Origin: Alteromonas sp.
Lineage (GTDB): Bacteria; Margulisbacteria; Marinamargulisbacteria; UBA6595
Direction of reading: 5' to 3'
Assembly (NCBI GenBank): GCA_964220215.1
Contig: CAXPTH010000028.1
Coordinates: 1-35,310, forward strand
DNA length: 35,310 nt
The notes below the pieces were generated by a model, which had not been told where the DNA came from, searched no databases, and was given only the letters and a program-made list of their open reading frames with translations. Positions 9,197 through 19,427 of this stretch are shown here, piece after piece. Position numbers and translations under genes: made by a program. Numbering within the stretch: the stretch's first letter is position 1; every line of letters starts with the position of its first letter.

Positions 9197-9835
9197 TTAA
9201 TACACCACAACATGGGGGTCAATGCTGCGCCAGAGGTACCAAACGGCGAGGGTGCAGTAGGGCTCCCAACGGGTGGCATGCGCCTGAAGCCAGGTGCGGA
9301 CATCGGCGTGTGTGTGGTTCGCCAGTTGGTATTCTGTTCGGACGGCGTTTAGCAATCCCAGGTCGGTTAGGGGCAGCACATTGCTATGCCCCAGGTGAAA
9401 TATTTGAAACATGGCCACAGTCCAGGGTCCAATGCCTTTAATGGCCAATAATTCAGACGCAATGGTGGCATCGGGTGTTTGATGAAAATAGGGGTCGGGG
9501 CGGCCATCGATATAGGCCAAGAATCGGGCGACGGTTTTGGCTTTGGCGTCCGATAGCCCGTAGGTTCGCCATTGGGCATACGGCACGGTTTGCAAATTGG
9601 CCGATGTAATAGGGCCTGCTTGAGTCTCAATCGTCGCCCAAATCGCATTTGCAGCGGCAACCGATATTTGTTGCCCAATAATGGCCCGGAGCATTGTTTT
9701 TAGGGCATTGGAGTGTGTGAGCATGCGTTCGTTGGGGTAGCGCTGAATGAGTGCTTCCAACACAGGATCTGCGTGACACAAGGCCAAAACCCCCGACTCC
9801 CAAGCGGATTGCGATAAAATAATGTGGGGGTGCAT
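9197..9835 (-). CDS. alkA: DNA-3-methyladenine glycosylase II (AlkA family, HhH-GPD)
   Basis: IIGQQIS..AA, HhH LLAIKGIGPWT, LPLTDLG, WEPY..LAVWYLW. Confidence 0.92.
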   Translation of the reverse strand: MHPHIILSQSAWESGVLALCHADPVLEALIQRYPNERMLTHSNALKTMLRAIIGQQISVAAANAIWATIETQAGPITSANLQTVPYAQWRTYGLSDAKAKTVARFLAYIDGRPDPYFHQTPDATIASELLAIKGIGPWTVAMFQIFHLGHSNVLPLTDLGLLNAVRTEYQLANHTHADVRTWLQAHATRWEPYCTLAVWYLWRSIDPHVVVY

Positions 9836-9842
9836 GGGTGCT

Positions 9843-9887
9843 ACTATAGCACACGTGTCCCATGGACTCCCGGGTTTGTGCTAAACT
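9843..9887. promoter_or_regulatory. Back-to-back extended -10 promoters for alkA and the permease
   Basis: Minus: TGcTATAGT (9851-9843), 7 nt before ATG 9835. Plus: TGcTAAACT (9879-9887), 9 nt before ATG 9897. Confidence 0.65.
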
Positions 9888-9896
9888 AAGGAATCT

Positions 9897-11198
9897 ATGA
9901 GCAGCGCAATTAAACTGCATCGTCAATTAGGGGTTTGGGGTGCTGCTATGATGGGGTTGGGGTCTATTTTAGGCACGGGTGTTTTTGTTAGCTTGGCAAT
10001 TGTAGCGGATATTACCGGGCCTTCGGTTATTTTAGCCTGTGCGATTGCGGCTGTGTTGGCTGCTTGCAATGCCATGAGTACCGTTCAATTATCGGTGAGC
10101 CATCCGGTGAGTGGTGGTGCGTATGAATATGCGAGTCGGTATTTAAATGCCCGGCTGGGGTTTGTGGCGGGTTGGTTGTTTTTATTGGCCAAAGTAGCCT
10201 CGGCTGCGACGGCCGCTTTGGGGTTTGCCACGTACTTTCGAGCGGGGTTTTCAGCAACGAGTGCCATGCCCAGCGTAACGGTTATTGCCTTAATCACCGT
10301 GCTGATTATGACCGCTGTTGCCGCATTTGGATTAAAGCAGGCCAATGTGGTTAATATTGCTATGGTTTTAATAACGATTGGCTCATTAATCTTGTTTGTT
10401 ATTACCGGATTTCAAGCCAACCATGCGCCCATTATCACCAGCTTAACCCCATTTTTTTCTGGAACCATTAAAGAGTTTTTGTATGGGGTTGCGTTGGCCT
10501 TTGTGGCGTATGCGGGGTACGGGCGTATTGCGACGTTGGGGGAAGAGGTTCGCTACCCCAAAGAAACGATTCCCAAAGCGATTGGCCTCACAGTTGTGAT
10601 CAGTGCCGTGCTTTATATCACGGTTTCTTTGGTGGCCATTATTTTGACTGGGGGCAAGTTTCATGCGGTACTGGCGGAAAACCCTACGGTGGCTCCCTTG
10701 ATTCATGTTGCACAAGTGGCTCAACTGCCCTTTAGTCGCAGTATTTTGGTGTTTGGCGCGATGACCGCCATGTTGGGTGTGTTGCTGAATTTGATTCTTG
10801 GCTTGTCTCGAACAATCTTGGCCATGGGGCGACGCGGCGATATGCCCAGAGTATTAACCCGGTTAAACGCCAACCGAACCACGCCGTATATGGCGGTGCT
10901 GTTTGTGGGGGTGTTAATTTTAGCCATTACCAGCGCGGGTGATTTAAAATTGGCCTGGACGTTTAGTGCCCTGAATGTGTTGGTCTATTATTCCATTACC
11001 AATTTGGCCGCCCTAAAAATTAAAGGCTCGGAGCGGTTTATCAGTCCGTGGGTCTCGCGATTTGGCTTTGTCGGGTGCCTGTTTTTATCCGTTTGGATTG
11101 AATCAGACGTGTGGATTTTAGGGAGTGTCTTGTTGGGTGTTGGATTTATGATTCGGTGGGTGATGCGGGTTTCAAATCGGGGACTGAAAACAGAATAG
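9897..11198 (+). CDS. APC family amino acid permease
   Basis: GSILGTGVF in TM1, PVSGGAY, FVAYAGY, EEVRYP; many hydrophobic segments. Confidence 0.93.
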   Translation: MSSAIKLHRQLGVWGAAMMGLGSILGTGVFVSLAIVADITGPSVILACAIAAVLAACNAMSTVQLSVSHPVSGGAYEYASRYLNARLGFVAGWLFLLAKVASAATAALGFATYFRAGFSATSAMPSVTVIALITVLIMTAVAAFGLKQANVVNIAMVLITIGSLILFVITGFQANHAPIITSLTPFFSGTIKEFLYGVALAFVAYAGYGRIATLGEEVRYPKETIPKAIGLTVVISAVLYITVSLVAIILTGGKFHAVLAENPTVAPLIHVAQVAQLPFSRSILVFGAMTAMLGVLLNLILGLSRTILAMGRRGDMPRVLTRLNANRTTPYMAVLFVGVLILAITSAGDLKLAWTFSALNVLVYYSITNLAALKIKGSERFISPWVSRFGFVGCLFLSVWIESDVWILGSVLLGVGFMIRWVMRVSNRGLKTE

Positions 11199-11820
11199 GC
11201 AAGCCGGTTTTGGCTTGAATTATGGCCATGTTGTCGGTGGCAATGAGGTCGGGCGTGTTGGGGTCAATGGCATTAAACACAAGCCCTACAATGGGACTCT
11301 TGGCGGCACGCAAGGTCTGAATGGTGAGCAAGCTGTGGTTAATACACCCCAATGTGTTGCCAATAACAACAACCGTTGGCAAGGCCAATGCCGTCACACA
11401 ATCCAATAGGGTTTCGGTTGGGGTGATCGGGACAAGAAGGCCCCCAGCACCTTCACAAATTACGGTGTCAAACTGGTGAGCGAGTCGGTGAAAGGCGGCA
11501 TGAATGACCGGTGGCTGAATGGCTGTGTGTTCCAATTCAGCCGCCAAATGGGGGGATGCGGGATAGGGAAAGTGATACGGGCAACAGTCCGCCAAGACTT
11601 CGGGTGGGCGCTGTCGAATGGCCCAATGCGTAGCCAAGTCTTCAGCCATAGGGGCCGAACACCCCGTTTGAATCCATTTTTGCGTGATCACCCGTCGGCT
11701 GGCTTGCAACTGTTTGGCAATTAAGCCGGTCACGATGGTTTTTCCTACCCCGGTGTTGGTCCCGGTAACAAATAGGTGCTGGGGCCATTGGATTGTGGAT
11801 GGAATGTCAAAATCAATCAT
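11146..11820 (-). CDS. bioD: Dethiobiotin synthase
   Basis: FVTGTNTGVGKT, KWIQTG, ASPHLAA, EGAGG, LGCINH; start taken at ATG 11820 overlapping the bioC stop. Confidence 0.95.
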   Translation of the reverse strand: MIDFDIPSTIQWPQHLFVTGTNTGVGKTIVTGLIAKQLQASRRVITQKWIQTGCSAPMAEDLATHWAIRQRPPEVLADCCPYHFPYPASPHLAAELEHTAIQPPVIHAAFHRLAHQFDTVICEGAGGLLVPITPTETLLDCVTALALPTVVVIGNTLGCINHSLLTIQTLRAAKSPIVGLVFNAIDPNTPDLIATDNMAIIQAKTGLPILFSVPDLKPASPTES

Positions 11821-12535
11821 AATTGCGGATGCTAATGAGGGTATACGTGGCCCAAATGCCACCAAAGTGTCTGTGATAGAGGTCTTCTAAAGTGGCTAAC
11901 CGGCTGGGCGTCCATATGCGCATGCCGGTGGGCATGGCTGTACCGGTGTGTTTAATGGCCCTCAGGAGGGCGGTCATAGACGCATACGCGACGGTTAGGC
12001 GGGTGTGGCTAAGCACCAGCTTCCCCCATCGATTGGCTAAGTCATTGACATAGTCATCAGCGGTTCGAAACTGTGTTGCCGGAATGGGGGCATGGTCGGG
12101 CCAACCCATGCGCAGGACCTGATTCAATTCCGTATAGGTTTCGGGTCCAAACATATGCAGGTTAAATCGACCATTGGGGGCTAGGTTTCGGGCCATAATG
12201 GGGGCGATGGAGCCGGTCACCCACTGCAGGCTCCCATGGCTACTGATAAAGTCCACGGGTGTTGGGTGGGTATACGTATCGGCGTTCCCAATGGTCCAGG
12301 TGATACCACGATGCAGCGTCTGAGCTTCTTGAATCATCGCGGGGGATTGATCCAGTCCGGTGAGGGTGGCGATTGGGTAGCGCTGGTGCACTTTAAGGGT
12401 GTTTATACCCGTGCCGCATCCAATGTCTAGAATATGGGCGGGGGCGGTCGTTGGGTATGTGGGTAGAACCGTATCAAATAAGTGCTGTTGCACGGTGCTG
12501 AAGTGGGTGTACGTGGGCGCTGCTGTATCAAACAT
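11813..12535 (-). CDS. bioC: Malonyl-ACP O-methyltransferase
   Basis: FD.AA.TY....VQ N-terminus, ILDIGCGTG SAM motif, SLQW, FGPETYTEL, IKHTG; located in bio cluster. Confidence 0.88.
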   Translation of the reverse strand: MFDTAAPTYTHFSTVQQHLFDTVLPTYPTTAPAHILDIGCGTGINTLKVHQRYPIATLTGLDQSPAMIQEAQTLHRGITWTIGNADTYTHPTPVDFISSHGSLQWVTGSIAPIMARNLAPNGRFNLHMFGPETYTELNQVLRMGWPDHAPIPATQFRTADDYVNDLANRWGKLVLSHTRLTVAYASMTALLRAIKHTGTAMPTGMRIWTPSRLATLEDLYHRHFGGIWATYTLISIRNYD

Positions 12536-13178
12536 TGGCTGTGCGGTGGTGGTTGAGTTGTTGTTGAAACTCAGTATTTAGAAAGGGGAAGTGCCCGGTA
12601 TTTAGGGTCTGGCATTCGGTATTTAGCCGGTCGGCGAATAGCCGGGTGGCATGTATGGGGGCAACCGCATCGTGTTGGCCGTGATAGAGCGTGAGCGCCG
12701 GCCATTCGGCCAATGGTTTCACGTGAAACGGTCGTTCCAGTTGGGCTAAGCCTTGGATCAAATCGGGGCCGGACCACATGGTGTGGCAGAAGGGTTGAAA
12801 GTAGTCTTGAAATCGTTGGTATTCGGTGGCGTTTTCAAAACAGGCAGTGTGAAAATTGTCTAAAACAGCTGTTGGGTTTTTGGCAATGGTCTTTTTAAAT
12901 CGGGTAATGGTTTTGGGGTCGTAGTGTGCGCATACCCCTACCAGATAGATATGCTTGAGATAGGGTGCTAAGTCGGGTAACCAGTACGACAGCATGAATC
13001 CACCCAAGGAAAAGGCCAAGCAATCCAGGGGGCCATGGGCCTTGGCATACGTGATCCAAGCGGCTGAATCATAGTGCCAATCGGCAGTATAGCTGAAATC
13101 GGGGATGCGATGATTGGGGATTGATTGAAAACAGTGGGGGGAAACCCCCCAGCCAGGGATGATGAGTAGGGGGTTCAT
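12528..13178 (-). CDS. Alpha/beta hydrolase, probable pimeloyl-ACP methyl ester esterase (BioH role)
   Basis: IPGWG oxyanion loop, AFSLGG nucleophile elbow, HGQHDAV, GHFPF; lies between bioF and bioC; ATGA-coupled start at 13178. Confidence 0.8.
   Translation of the reverse strand: MNPLLIIPGWGVSPHCFQSIPNHRIPDFSYTADWHYDSAAWITYAKAHGPLDCLAFSLGGFMLSYWLPDLAPYLKHIYLVGVCAHYDPKTITRFKKTIAKNPTAVLDNFHTACFENATEYQRFQDYFQPFCHTMWSGPDLIQGLAQLERPFHVKPLAEWPALTLYHGQHDAVAPIHATRLFADRLNTECQTLNTGHFPFLNTEFQQQLNHHRTANV
12715..12730. promoter_or_regulatory. parS: parS centromere-like site (intragenic)
   Basis: gGTTTCACGTGAAACg: perfect 14-bp palindromic core, 14/16 match to TGTTTCACGTGAAACA. Confidence 0.8.
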
Positions 13179-14290
13179 ACTAAGCGTTTCCAAGCCTGAG
13201 CAAGGGTGTCAATGGCGTCTGGGGTATGGTCTGCACGCAGGCTGATCCGGATGAGATCCTGGTGTTTGGGCACGGTGGGATGCCGAATGGCCGTGGTGAT
13301 GAGGCCTTGGCGAGCCAACTGATCCGCATACGCAAGGGCTTTCTCGGGGGTTCCCACTGGAAGCGGAACAATGTGATGGTGAGCGGTTGGGGCTCGGTAA
13401 CGATCCAATTGGTGGTGGCAGTAGCGGGTAATCGCGGCTAGGGCGGCTTGTTTCTTGGCATGATTTTGGGTGACACTGGCTAAATTCACACCGGTCACAA
13501 AGGGTGGCAGGGCGGTTGAATAAATAAACGGCCGGCAGCGATTAATCAAGTAGTTGCGCAAGTCTAAGGATCCTCCGATAAAGGCGCCTAGGCTGCTAAA
13601 TGCCTTGCCAAATGTACCAATGATGATATCGACATCATTCAGAACGCCGTGTGCTTCAGCCAGGCCCATCCCCGTGGCGCCATAACACCCGACGGCGTGG
13701 GCTTCATCGAGGATTAACGTCGCATTGGCTTGGTTTTTAATGCGAATTAAGGCATCAAAATCACAAGCCGTTCCCGTCATGCTAAACAGAGATTCCGTGA
13801 CAATAAACAAGCGGTCATAATTGGCTTGATTTTGGTGAATGATGTGGGCTAAATGCGCGTAATCTGCATGCCGATAGCGCTTTAGGGTTGCGGCAGAGAG
13901 CTGGGCCCCGTCAATCAAGCTGGCATGGCAGGCTTTGTCGGCAAGGATGAGATCGGTGCGTTGCGGCAAACATCCCAATAGGCCGGTATTGGCGTGGTAT
14001 CCAGAATTGACTACCAGAACCGATTTGCCCAGGCGGGATGTCAGCGCCGATTCCAGGTCATTGAGGGTGGGGTAGTGCCCCCCCAAGAGCCGAGACCCTG
14101 TCGCACCGGTTCCGTAGTGATTAGCGGCAGCTAAGCCGGCTTGAATGCGGGAGGATTCAGTATTAAATCCCAAATAATCATTGGTATTAAATACATGCGT
14201 CGTTGCCGTGTAATCGGCATGTTTGGGGATGCTTCGGTAGGTGTGGGTGTCGTTTAATTTAGACAGGGTATCGGTTAAAAAACGATCCAA
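13175..14290 (-). CDS. bioF: 8-amino-7-oxononanoate synthase
   Basis: NDYLG, GSRLLGG, SGYHAN, HASLIDG, ESLFSM, DEAH, PLP-lysine GTFGKA, IRHPTVP; TTG start 3 nt after the ftsZ stop. Confidence 0.95.
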   Translation of the reverse strand: MDRFLTDTLSKLNDTHTYRSIPKHADYTATTHVFNTNDYLGFNTESSRIQAGLAAANHYGTGATGSRLLGGHYPTLNDLESALTSRLGKSVLVVNSGYHANTGLLGCLPQRTDLILADKACHASLIDGAQLSAATLKRYRHADYAHLAHIIHQNQANYDRLFIVTESLFSMTGTACDFDALIRIKNQANATLILDEAHAVGCYGATGMGLAEAHGVLNDVDIIIGTFGKAFSSLGAFIGGSLDLRNYLINRCRPFIYSTALPPFVTGVNLASVTQNHAKKQAALAAITRYCHHQLDRYRAPTAHHHIVPLPVGTPEKALAYADQLARQGLITTAIRHPTVPKHQDLIRISLRADHTPDAIDTLAQAWKRLV

Positions 14291-14293
14291 GGT

Positions 14294-15631
14294 TTATTTT
14301 CGCAAAAATGCGGGAAACTCCAGGTCATCTTTCAAAGAGTCGGATAAAATATCGGCGTCTTCGGGACGTGGCCGATTAATATCATATTGAACAGGAGGTG
14401 TTTCAACGGTTTTAGCTTCTTGAGCCGGGGTTTGGGTGACGGTTGTGGCTGTTGTTTGAGGGAAGGGGTCGCTGTCATCGGCATCATCGGGGCTATTGGC
14501 ATCCTCGGTTTGGTTGATCCCAGAGTGCGGGGTTCCCAGTGACGGGGTCGGTGTTGAACTGTGTAACTGAACAGGTGCTTGAGGGTCCGATTGAGGGGTT
14601 GGCTGTGTGTGTTCTGCTTGCGTTGAACGGCGATTATCAACAAACGTTCCACGAGCGGTAGTTGTGTTGGTTTGGTGCTTGTCTGGTTTAAATCCCGTGG
14701 CAATGACGGTGACAATTAGATTGTCACCCGCCTCTTTATCAATAACGGATCCAAATACAATATTGGCATTGGCTTGATCCACTGCTTCATAAATGGTTTG
14801 AGCGGCTTGATCCACTTCATGCAAGCTCATAGTTTCACTACCGGTAATATTAATAATGACCCCGCTGGCACCGGTAATTGTTTCTTCTAGTAATGGCGAC
14901 GAAATGGCTTGTTCAGCGGCTTCAGTGGCCCGATTTTCGCCGCTGGCCTTTCCAATGCCCATCATGGCAGAGCCAGAGTTTGACATGATGGTTCGAACGT
15001 CGGCAAAGTCCAAGTTAATTAGACCGGGAATCGTGATCAAATCAGCGATACCTTGTACCCCTTGACGCAAGACATCATCGGCCATTTTAAACGCATCAAT
15101 TAAGGTGGTCATTTTTTCAGTGATTTTTAATAGTTGGTCGTTGGGAATGACAATTAAGGCATCCAACTCATCCCGAAGCGCCTGAACGCCATATTCCGAT
15201 TGTTGCAATCGAATGGGGCCTTCAAATCGAAACGGTTTTGTGACAACTCCAATGGTTAGCGCACCCGCTTCTTTGGCAATTTTGGCAATCATGGGGGAGG
15301 CCCCCGTCCCGGTTCCACCCCCCATACCAGCCGTAATAAAGACCATATCAGCGCCTTCGATGGCCATTTTGATATCGTCTTTACTTTCTTGGGCGGATTG
15401 CTCGCCCATTTGGGCTTGGGCGCCGCATCCCAACCCTTTGGTAATTTTAGTTCCGAGTTGTAATTTGTGATCGGCTAAGCTGGTGTTCAAGGCTTGCAAA
15501 TCGGTATTCATGACCCAAAATTCAACACCGGTTAGGTTCGCTGCAATCATTCGATTGACTGCGTTGTTACCCCCGCCGCCAACACCAATCACTTTGATAT
15601 TTGCGTACTTGTTTAATGAATCATTGCTCAC
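14294..15631 (-). CDS. ftsZ: Cell division protein FtsZ
   Basis: [25 protein letters not shown]-terminal LEFPAFLRK; start probably GTG 15631 (alternative ATG 15658). Confidence 0.98.
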   Translation of the reverse strand: MSNDSLNKYANIKVIGVGGGGNNAVNRMIAANLTGVEFWVMNTDLQALNTSLADHKLQLGTKITKGLGCGAQAQMGEQSAQESKDDIKMAIEGADMVFITAGMGGGTGTGASPMIAKIAKEAGALTIGVVTKPFRFEGPIRLQQSEYGVQALRDELDALIVIPNDQLLKITEKMTTLIDAFKMADDVLRQGVQGIADLITIPGLINLDFADVRTIMSNSGSAMMGIGKASGENRATEAAEQAISSPLLEETITGASGVIINITGSETMSLHEVDQAAQTIYEAVDQANANIVFGSVIDKEAGDNLIVTVIATGFKPDKHQTNTTTARGTFVDNRRSTQAEHTQPTPQSDPQAPVQLHSSTPTPSLGTPHSGINQTEDANSPDDADDSDPFPQTTATTVTQTPAQEAKTVETPPVQYDINRPRPEDADILSDSLKDDLEFPAFLRK

Positions 15632-15638
15632 AACGATT

Positions 15639-15647
15639 AGTTTAGCA
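15639..15647 (-). promoter_or_regulatory. Extended -10 promoter, leaderless (ftsZ)
   Basis: Minus strand TGcTAAACT-aatcgtt-GTG (7-nt gap). Confidence 0.6.
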
Positions 15648-15688
15648 TAGTCACACATTGAATGCTAGCGATTAATTTAGAGAATTAT

Positions 15689-15718
15689 TTGACAAGTGTC
15701 GCTTCGGTTTTGTACCCT
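15689..15718 (+). promoter_or_regulatory. sigma70-type promoter for lipoprotein gene
   Basis: Perfect TTGACA, 18-nt spacer, TACCCT. Confidence 0.5.
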
Positions 15719-15734
15719 TTTCAATGGAATTATT

Positions 15735-16115
15735 ATGTTTCAAAAATTGTGTATTGCGATTGGGTTAACATTGGTGCTCGCCGGTTGTGCGGGGCGATCG
15801 TCCATGCATCAGGCTGCAAATCCAGCAGATGTGGAGCCCCCCGTCATGCATCGAATGATTCAGCAGTACATCGTCGAAGGGGAAACCCAACGCGCGGATG
15901 TGGTTGCGGCGTTTGGGTATCCCAGCAGTGCGTTTCAGTCGGATAATGGGCGAACTGTTTGGTACTACCCGGGGCTGGGGTATGCCGAGTCGGAAACGCA
16001 GCCCTTTCAGATGCATCAGCATGCAGACCCCAATGCGGTGGATGTGGTGCTAACGTATGCCAGCGCTCCACTGGAAAACACCGTGATTCAGTTGCGTATC
16101 CGCCCCCCACAATAA
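15735..16115 (+). CDS. Small lipoprotein, BamE/SmpA-like
   Basis: Signal peptide with lipobox LAG^C; IVEGETQRADVVAAFGYPS...VWYY resembles the G-T---V---G-P...W-Y pattern of SmpA/OmlA folds. Confidence 0.65.
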   Translation: MFQKLCIAIGLTLVLAGCAGRSSMHQAANPADVEPPVMHRMIQQYIVEGETQRADVVAAFGYPSSAFQSDNGRTVWYYPGLGYAESETQPFQMHQHADPNAVDVVLTYASAPLENTVIQLRIRPPQ

Positions 16116-16116
16116 G

Positions 16117-17199
16117 TTACGCCCGAACTTTAATTTGGTACCACAGTAAGCTAATCCCCATGAGTGCGGTATTGGGAGTCCAAGCGGCAACAATGGGGTG
16201 GAGCCACCCCAACAAACACAGCCCCATGTTGATGGATAGCAAGACGTAATACGCAATGATAATGCCAACCCCAATCCCGACATTGGCCATCGACCGGGTG
16301 CGTTGAAATGAGATGCTCATTAGCGCACCAATAATGGCAAACGTGAGGGTGGTAAATGGCAATGAGAACTTAACATGCAAGTTGAACTGATCATCCCGGC
16401 TAAAGCGGCCTGTGGCTTGTTTGTGCTGAATTTGGGCTTTAAGGTCCTGGCTATTTAATTGCTCGGCACGGGTGTCGGATGCCTGCAAGCGATTGGGGGG
16501 GGTGGTGAGTTGGGATGCCCAGGGGTCGGATACGGTTTGGGATTGAATGCGATGAGGCTCAATATCAAATTGAATGCCGTCACGAAATTCCCAGTAGGTG
16601 TCTCGCCATTGGGCCATGGCACCGTGTGTCATGCGAACAATGCGGGTGTGGGCATATTCAATGAGCGTGGCGTTGTGCAACGTGGTGGGCGTTTGGGGAC
16701 GGGTTGATGCATGCAAGCTGTATTTAAGGTAACCCGATGAATCAAAGGATTGATAATGAACGGCGGGGATGTGAACCGTTTGTGTAAACTGTTGGGTGAT
16801 CCGCTCAGCCGCCTGATTGCTGGGCGCAACGCCGTATTCATTAATGCCAATACTGGCAAGGCTGAGCAGCAAGCTAATACCAATAATGGGTTGAATTAAT
16901 CGTGGAATTGATATGCCCATGGCGCGGACGCTCACAATGGCCATTTGTTGGTTGAGTTGGCTCACGCTCACTAGGCTGGCACATAGGCTGCCCATGGGCA
17001 CCGCATACAGTAAAATGCCGGGCAATTGATAGAGCAACAAGAGTGTCGCTGGTTTGAGGGGAATATCGGAATCACTCACAGTCGCAATCCAAGTGAGTAG
17101 TTGGGTGGATGCCATTAAGATAATGCTAATCATGAGCACGCTAAATACGAATGTTTTGCTCCATTCAGCCAGCAAATGGCGATCAAAGCGTGTGATCAT
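16117..17199 (-). CDS. LptF/LptG (YjgP/YjgQ) family LPS export permease
   Basis: FDRHLL N-terminus, 3 TM + periplasmic beta domain + 3 TM, RAMGIS..RL..P, KFSLPF, AAWTPN; coupled to lptB. Confidence 0.92.
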   Translation of the reverse strand: MITRFDRHLLAEWSKTFVFSVLMISIILMASTQLLTWIATVSDSDIPLKPATLLLLYQLPGILLYAVPMGSLCASLVSVSQLNQQMAIVSVRAMGISIPRLIQPIIGISLLLSLASIGINEYGVAPSNQAAERITQQFTQTVHIPAVHYQSFDSSGYLKYSLHASTRPQTPTTLHNATLIEYAHTRIVRMTHGAMAQWRDTYWEFRDGIQFDIEPHRIQSQTVSDPWASQLTTPPNRLQASDTRAEQLNSQDLKAQIQHKQATGRFSRDDQFNLHVKFSLPFTTLTFAIIGALMSISFQRTRSMANVGIGVGIIIAYYVLLSINMGLCLLGWLHPIVAAWTPNTALMGISLLWYQIKVRA

Positions 17200-17909
17200 A
17201 AATGAAACGATTCCCCTAAATAATAGCGCTTGGCATCGGGGTGATTGACAATGTCGTTCGATGATCCATGCAACAGAACTCGCCCGTCATGCAAGATGTA
17301 CGTTTGGTCGGTAATTGATAAGGTTTCTCGGACGTTGTGGTCGGTAATAATCACCCCCAAGCCCAGGGATTTCAACTGCATAATAATCTGTTTGATTTCA
17401 GCGACAGCAATCGGGTCAATGCCGGCAAACGGTTCATCCAACAAGACAATTTTGGGCTTATTGGCCAATAAACGAGCAATTTCAACCCGGCGTTTTTCGC
17501 CGCCAGACAGTTCAATGCAGTAGGCATGTTTCAAATGTTGGATGCTCATTTGGGCCAATAGCCGATCCAGTTCCTCCGCTCGATTGATGGGGGCTTGGGT
17601 GAGCTCCCAAACCATTAAAATATTATCAGCCACCGTGAGCTTCTTAAACAACGACGTTTCTTGGGGCAGATAGCCCAACCCCAATTGGGCGCGCTTGTGC
17701 ATGGGGTATCGCCCAATCGGAACGCCATCAAATAGAATGGCGCCCTGATCCGATTGAACCAGGCCCATAATCATATAAAATGTTGTGGTTTTTCCGGCTC
17801 CGTTTGGGCCTAAAATACCCACAATCTCACCCGCATTTACGGACAGGCTCACATCGTGAACAACGGTGCGTTTGCCGTATGTTTTTTTTAAGTTCCTTGC
17901 CTGCAGCAT
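17196..17909 (-). CDS. lptB: LPS export ABC transporter ATP-binding protein
   Basis: GPNGAGKTTTFY, GYLPQE, LSGGEKRRVEIAR, DEPFAGIDP, TDHNVRETL, YLGESF. Confidence 0.96.
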   Translation of the reverse strand: MLQARNLKKTYGKRTVVHDVSLSVNAGEIVGILGPNGAGKTTTFYMIMGLVQSDQGAILFDGVPIGRYPMHKRAQLGLGYLPQETSLFKKLTVADNILMVWELTQAPINRAEELDRLLAQMSIQHLKHAYCIELSGGEKRRVEIARLLANKPKIVLLDEPFAGIDPIAVAEIKQIIMQLKSLGLGVIITDHNVRETLSITDQTYILHDGRVLLHGSSNDIVNHPDAKRYYLGESFHL

Positions 17910-17915
17910 CCGGAC

Positions 17916-19427
17916 TTATTTGGCGGTTGAGTAGGCCCGCGTTTCTCGAATCAACGATACGGTGACTTCACCGGGATAATCGACTTCAGATTCAATCCGT
18001 TTGGCAATGTCTCGGGCTAATTTGTACATGCGATTGTCTCGGACCTCAGACGGTTCAACCAAGACACGGACTTCACGCCCCGCTTGAATCGCAAACACTT
18101 TTTTAACCCCATCAAATGTTTTGGCAATGGCCTCCAGTTTTGTTAATCGCTCGATATATTTTTCGATTGATTCTCGGCGAGCCCCTGGGCGAGCGGACGA
18201 AATAGCATCGGCCATCATGACAATCACAGCCTCAATTGTGGCGGGTGCCTCATCTTCGTGGTGGGCATTGATGCAGTTAATCACCGCGTCACTTTCGCCA
18301 TATTTCCGACACACCGTATCCCCAATATCGACGTGGGAGCCTTCGGTCTCAAAGTCTAAGGCTTTCCCAATATCGTGCAGCAGCGTTCCCCGTTTCGCTA
18401 AATCCACATCCAACCCCAATTCAGTGGCTAAAATACCGGCAATATGCGCCGCTTCCATGGAATGCTTTAAAATATTTTGGCCATAACTGGTTCGATAATT
18501 GAGGCGACCAATTAGTTCGATTAGCTTGGGATGAAATTTTAAATTCAGTTCTTCAGCGGCTGCTTGCCCAATGCCAACAATCGTTTTTTCTAAATTTGCT
18601 TCAGCATTTTTGACCGATTCTTCAATACGGGCCGGGTTAATGCGACCATCCGATACCAAGTCGGTTAATGCAATACGCCCAATTTCGCGTCGAATCGGAT
18701 TAAAACACGACAACGTAACCGTATCGGGCGAATCATCAATAATAATGTCACAACCCGTTGCCGTTTCAAACGCTCGGATATTGCGGCCTTCTTTACCAAT
18801 GATGCGGCCTTTGAGCGCTTCATTGGGCAGTTGAACCGCCGTTGTTGTAACAGCCGCCACCACGTTAACAGCCGTGCGTTGAATGGCATTGACCACCAAT
18901 TCACGGGCCTGTTCTTTTGCGGTTTCTTTGGCTTTGGCAACGGACTGCTTAATAATGGTCCCAATATCTTGTTCCGCGGCCTCTTCGGCCTGCTTAATAA
19001 TAATGGCTTTGGCTTCTTCCTGGGTAAAATTAGCAATGTTTTCCAATTGGTTCGCCAGTTCTTGGTGCCGAGAGTCCCACTGATCTTTAAGGGATTGGAT
19101 ATGGGCTTTTTCCTCGTTCAGGCGGCTTTCTTGACGCAACAACTGGGCTTCGGCTTCCTCAACACGCCCCAGGCGTTTTTCCACATCCCGAGCTTCTTCG
19201 GACAAGGCCTGCCGTCGCTCAGACTCTTCCTGGGCAATTCGCTTGAGGGCGTCGGATTCCATTTTTTGTGTTTTTCGATTGGCCTCGGTGAGCAACTGGT
19301 TAATTTTTCGGTCTGTTTTTTTTTGGGCGTCTGCAAATTGGGCTTGATTGCTTCGGTGTTTTACCCACAATACCGCATAGCCAGCCACAAGGGCGCCACT
19401 GCTGAGTATTAGGATCCACTTATCCAT
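17916..19427 (-). CDS. rny: Ribonuclease Y
   Basis: N-terminal TM and coiled coil, [24 protein letters not shown] motif [24 protein letters not shown]. Confidence 0.98.
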   Translation of the reverse strand: MDKWILILSSGALVAGYAVLWVKHRSNQAQFADAQKKTDRKINQLLTEANRKTQKMESDALKRIAQEESERRQALSEEARDVEKRLGRVEEAEAQLLRQESRLNEEKAHIQSLKDQWDSRHQELANQLENIANFTQEEAKAIIIKQAEEAAEQDIGTIIKQSVAKAKETAKEQARELVVNAIQRTAVNVVAAVTTTAVQLPNEALKGRIIGKEGRNIRAFETATGCDIIIDDSPDTVTLSCFNPIRREIGRIALTDLVSDGRINPARIEESVKNAEANLEKTIVGIGQAAAEELNLKFHPKLIELIGRLNYRTSYGQNILKHSMEAAHIAGILATELGLDVDLAKRGTLLHDIGKALDFETEGSHVDIGDTVCRKYGESDAVINCINAHHEDEAPATIEAVIVMMADAISSARPGARRESIEKYIERLTKLEAIAKTFDGVKKVFAIQAGREVRVLVEPSEVRDNRMYKLARDIAKRIESEVDYPGEVTVSLIRETRAYSTAK

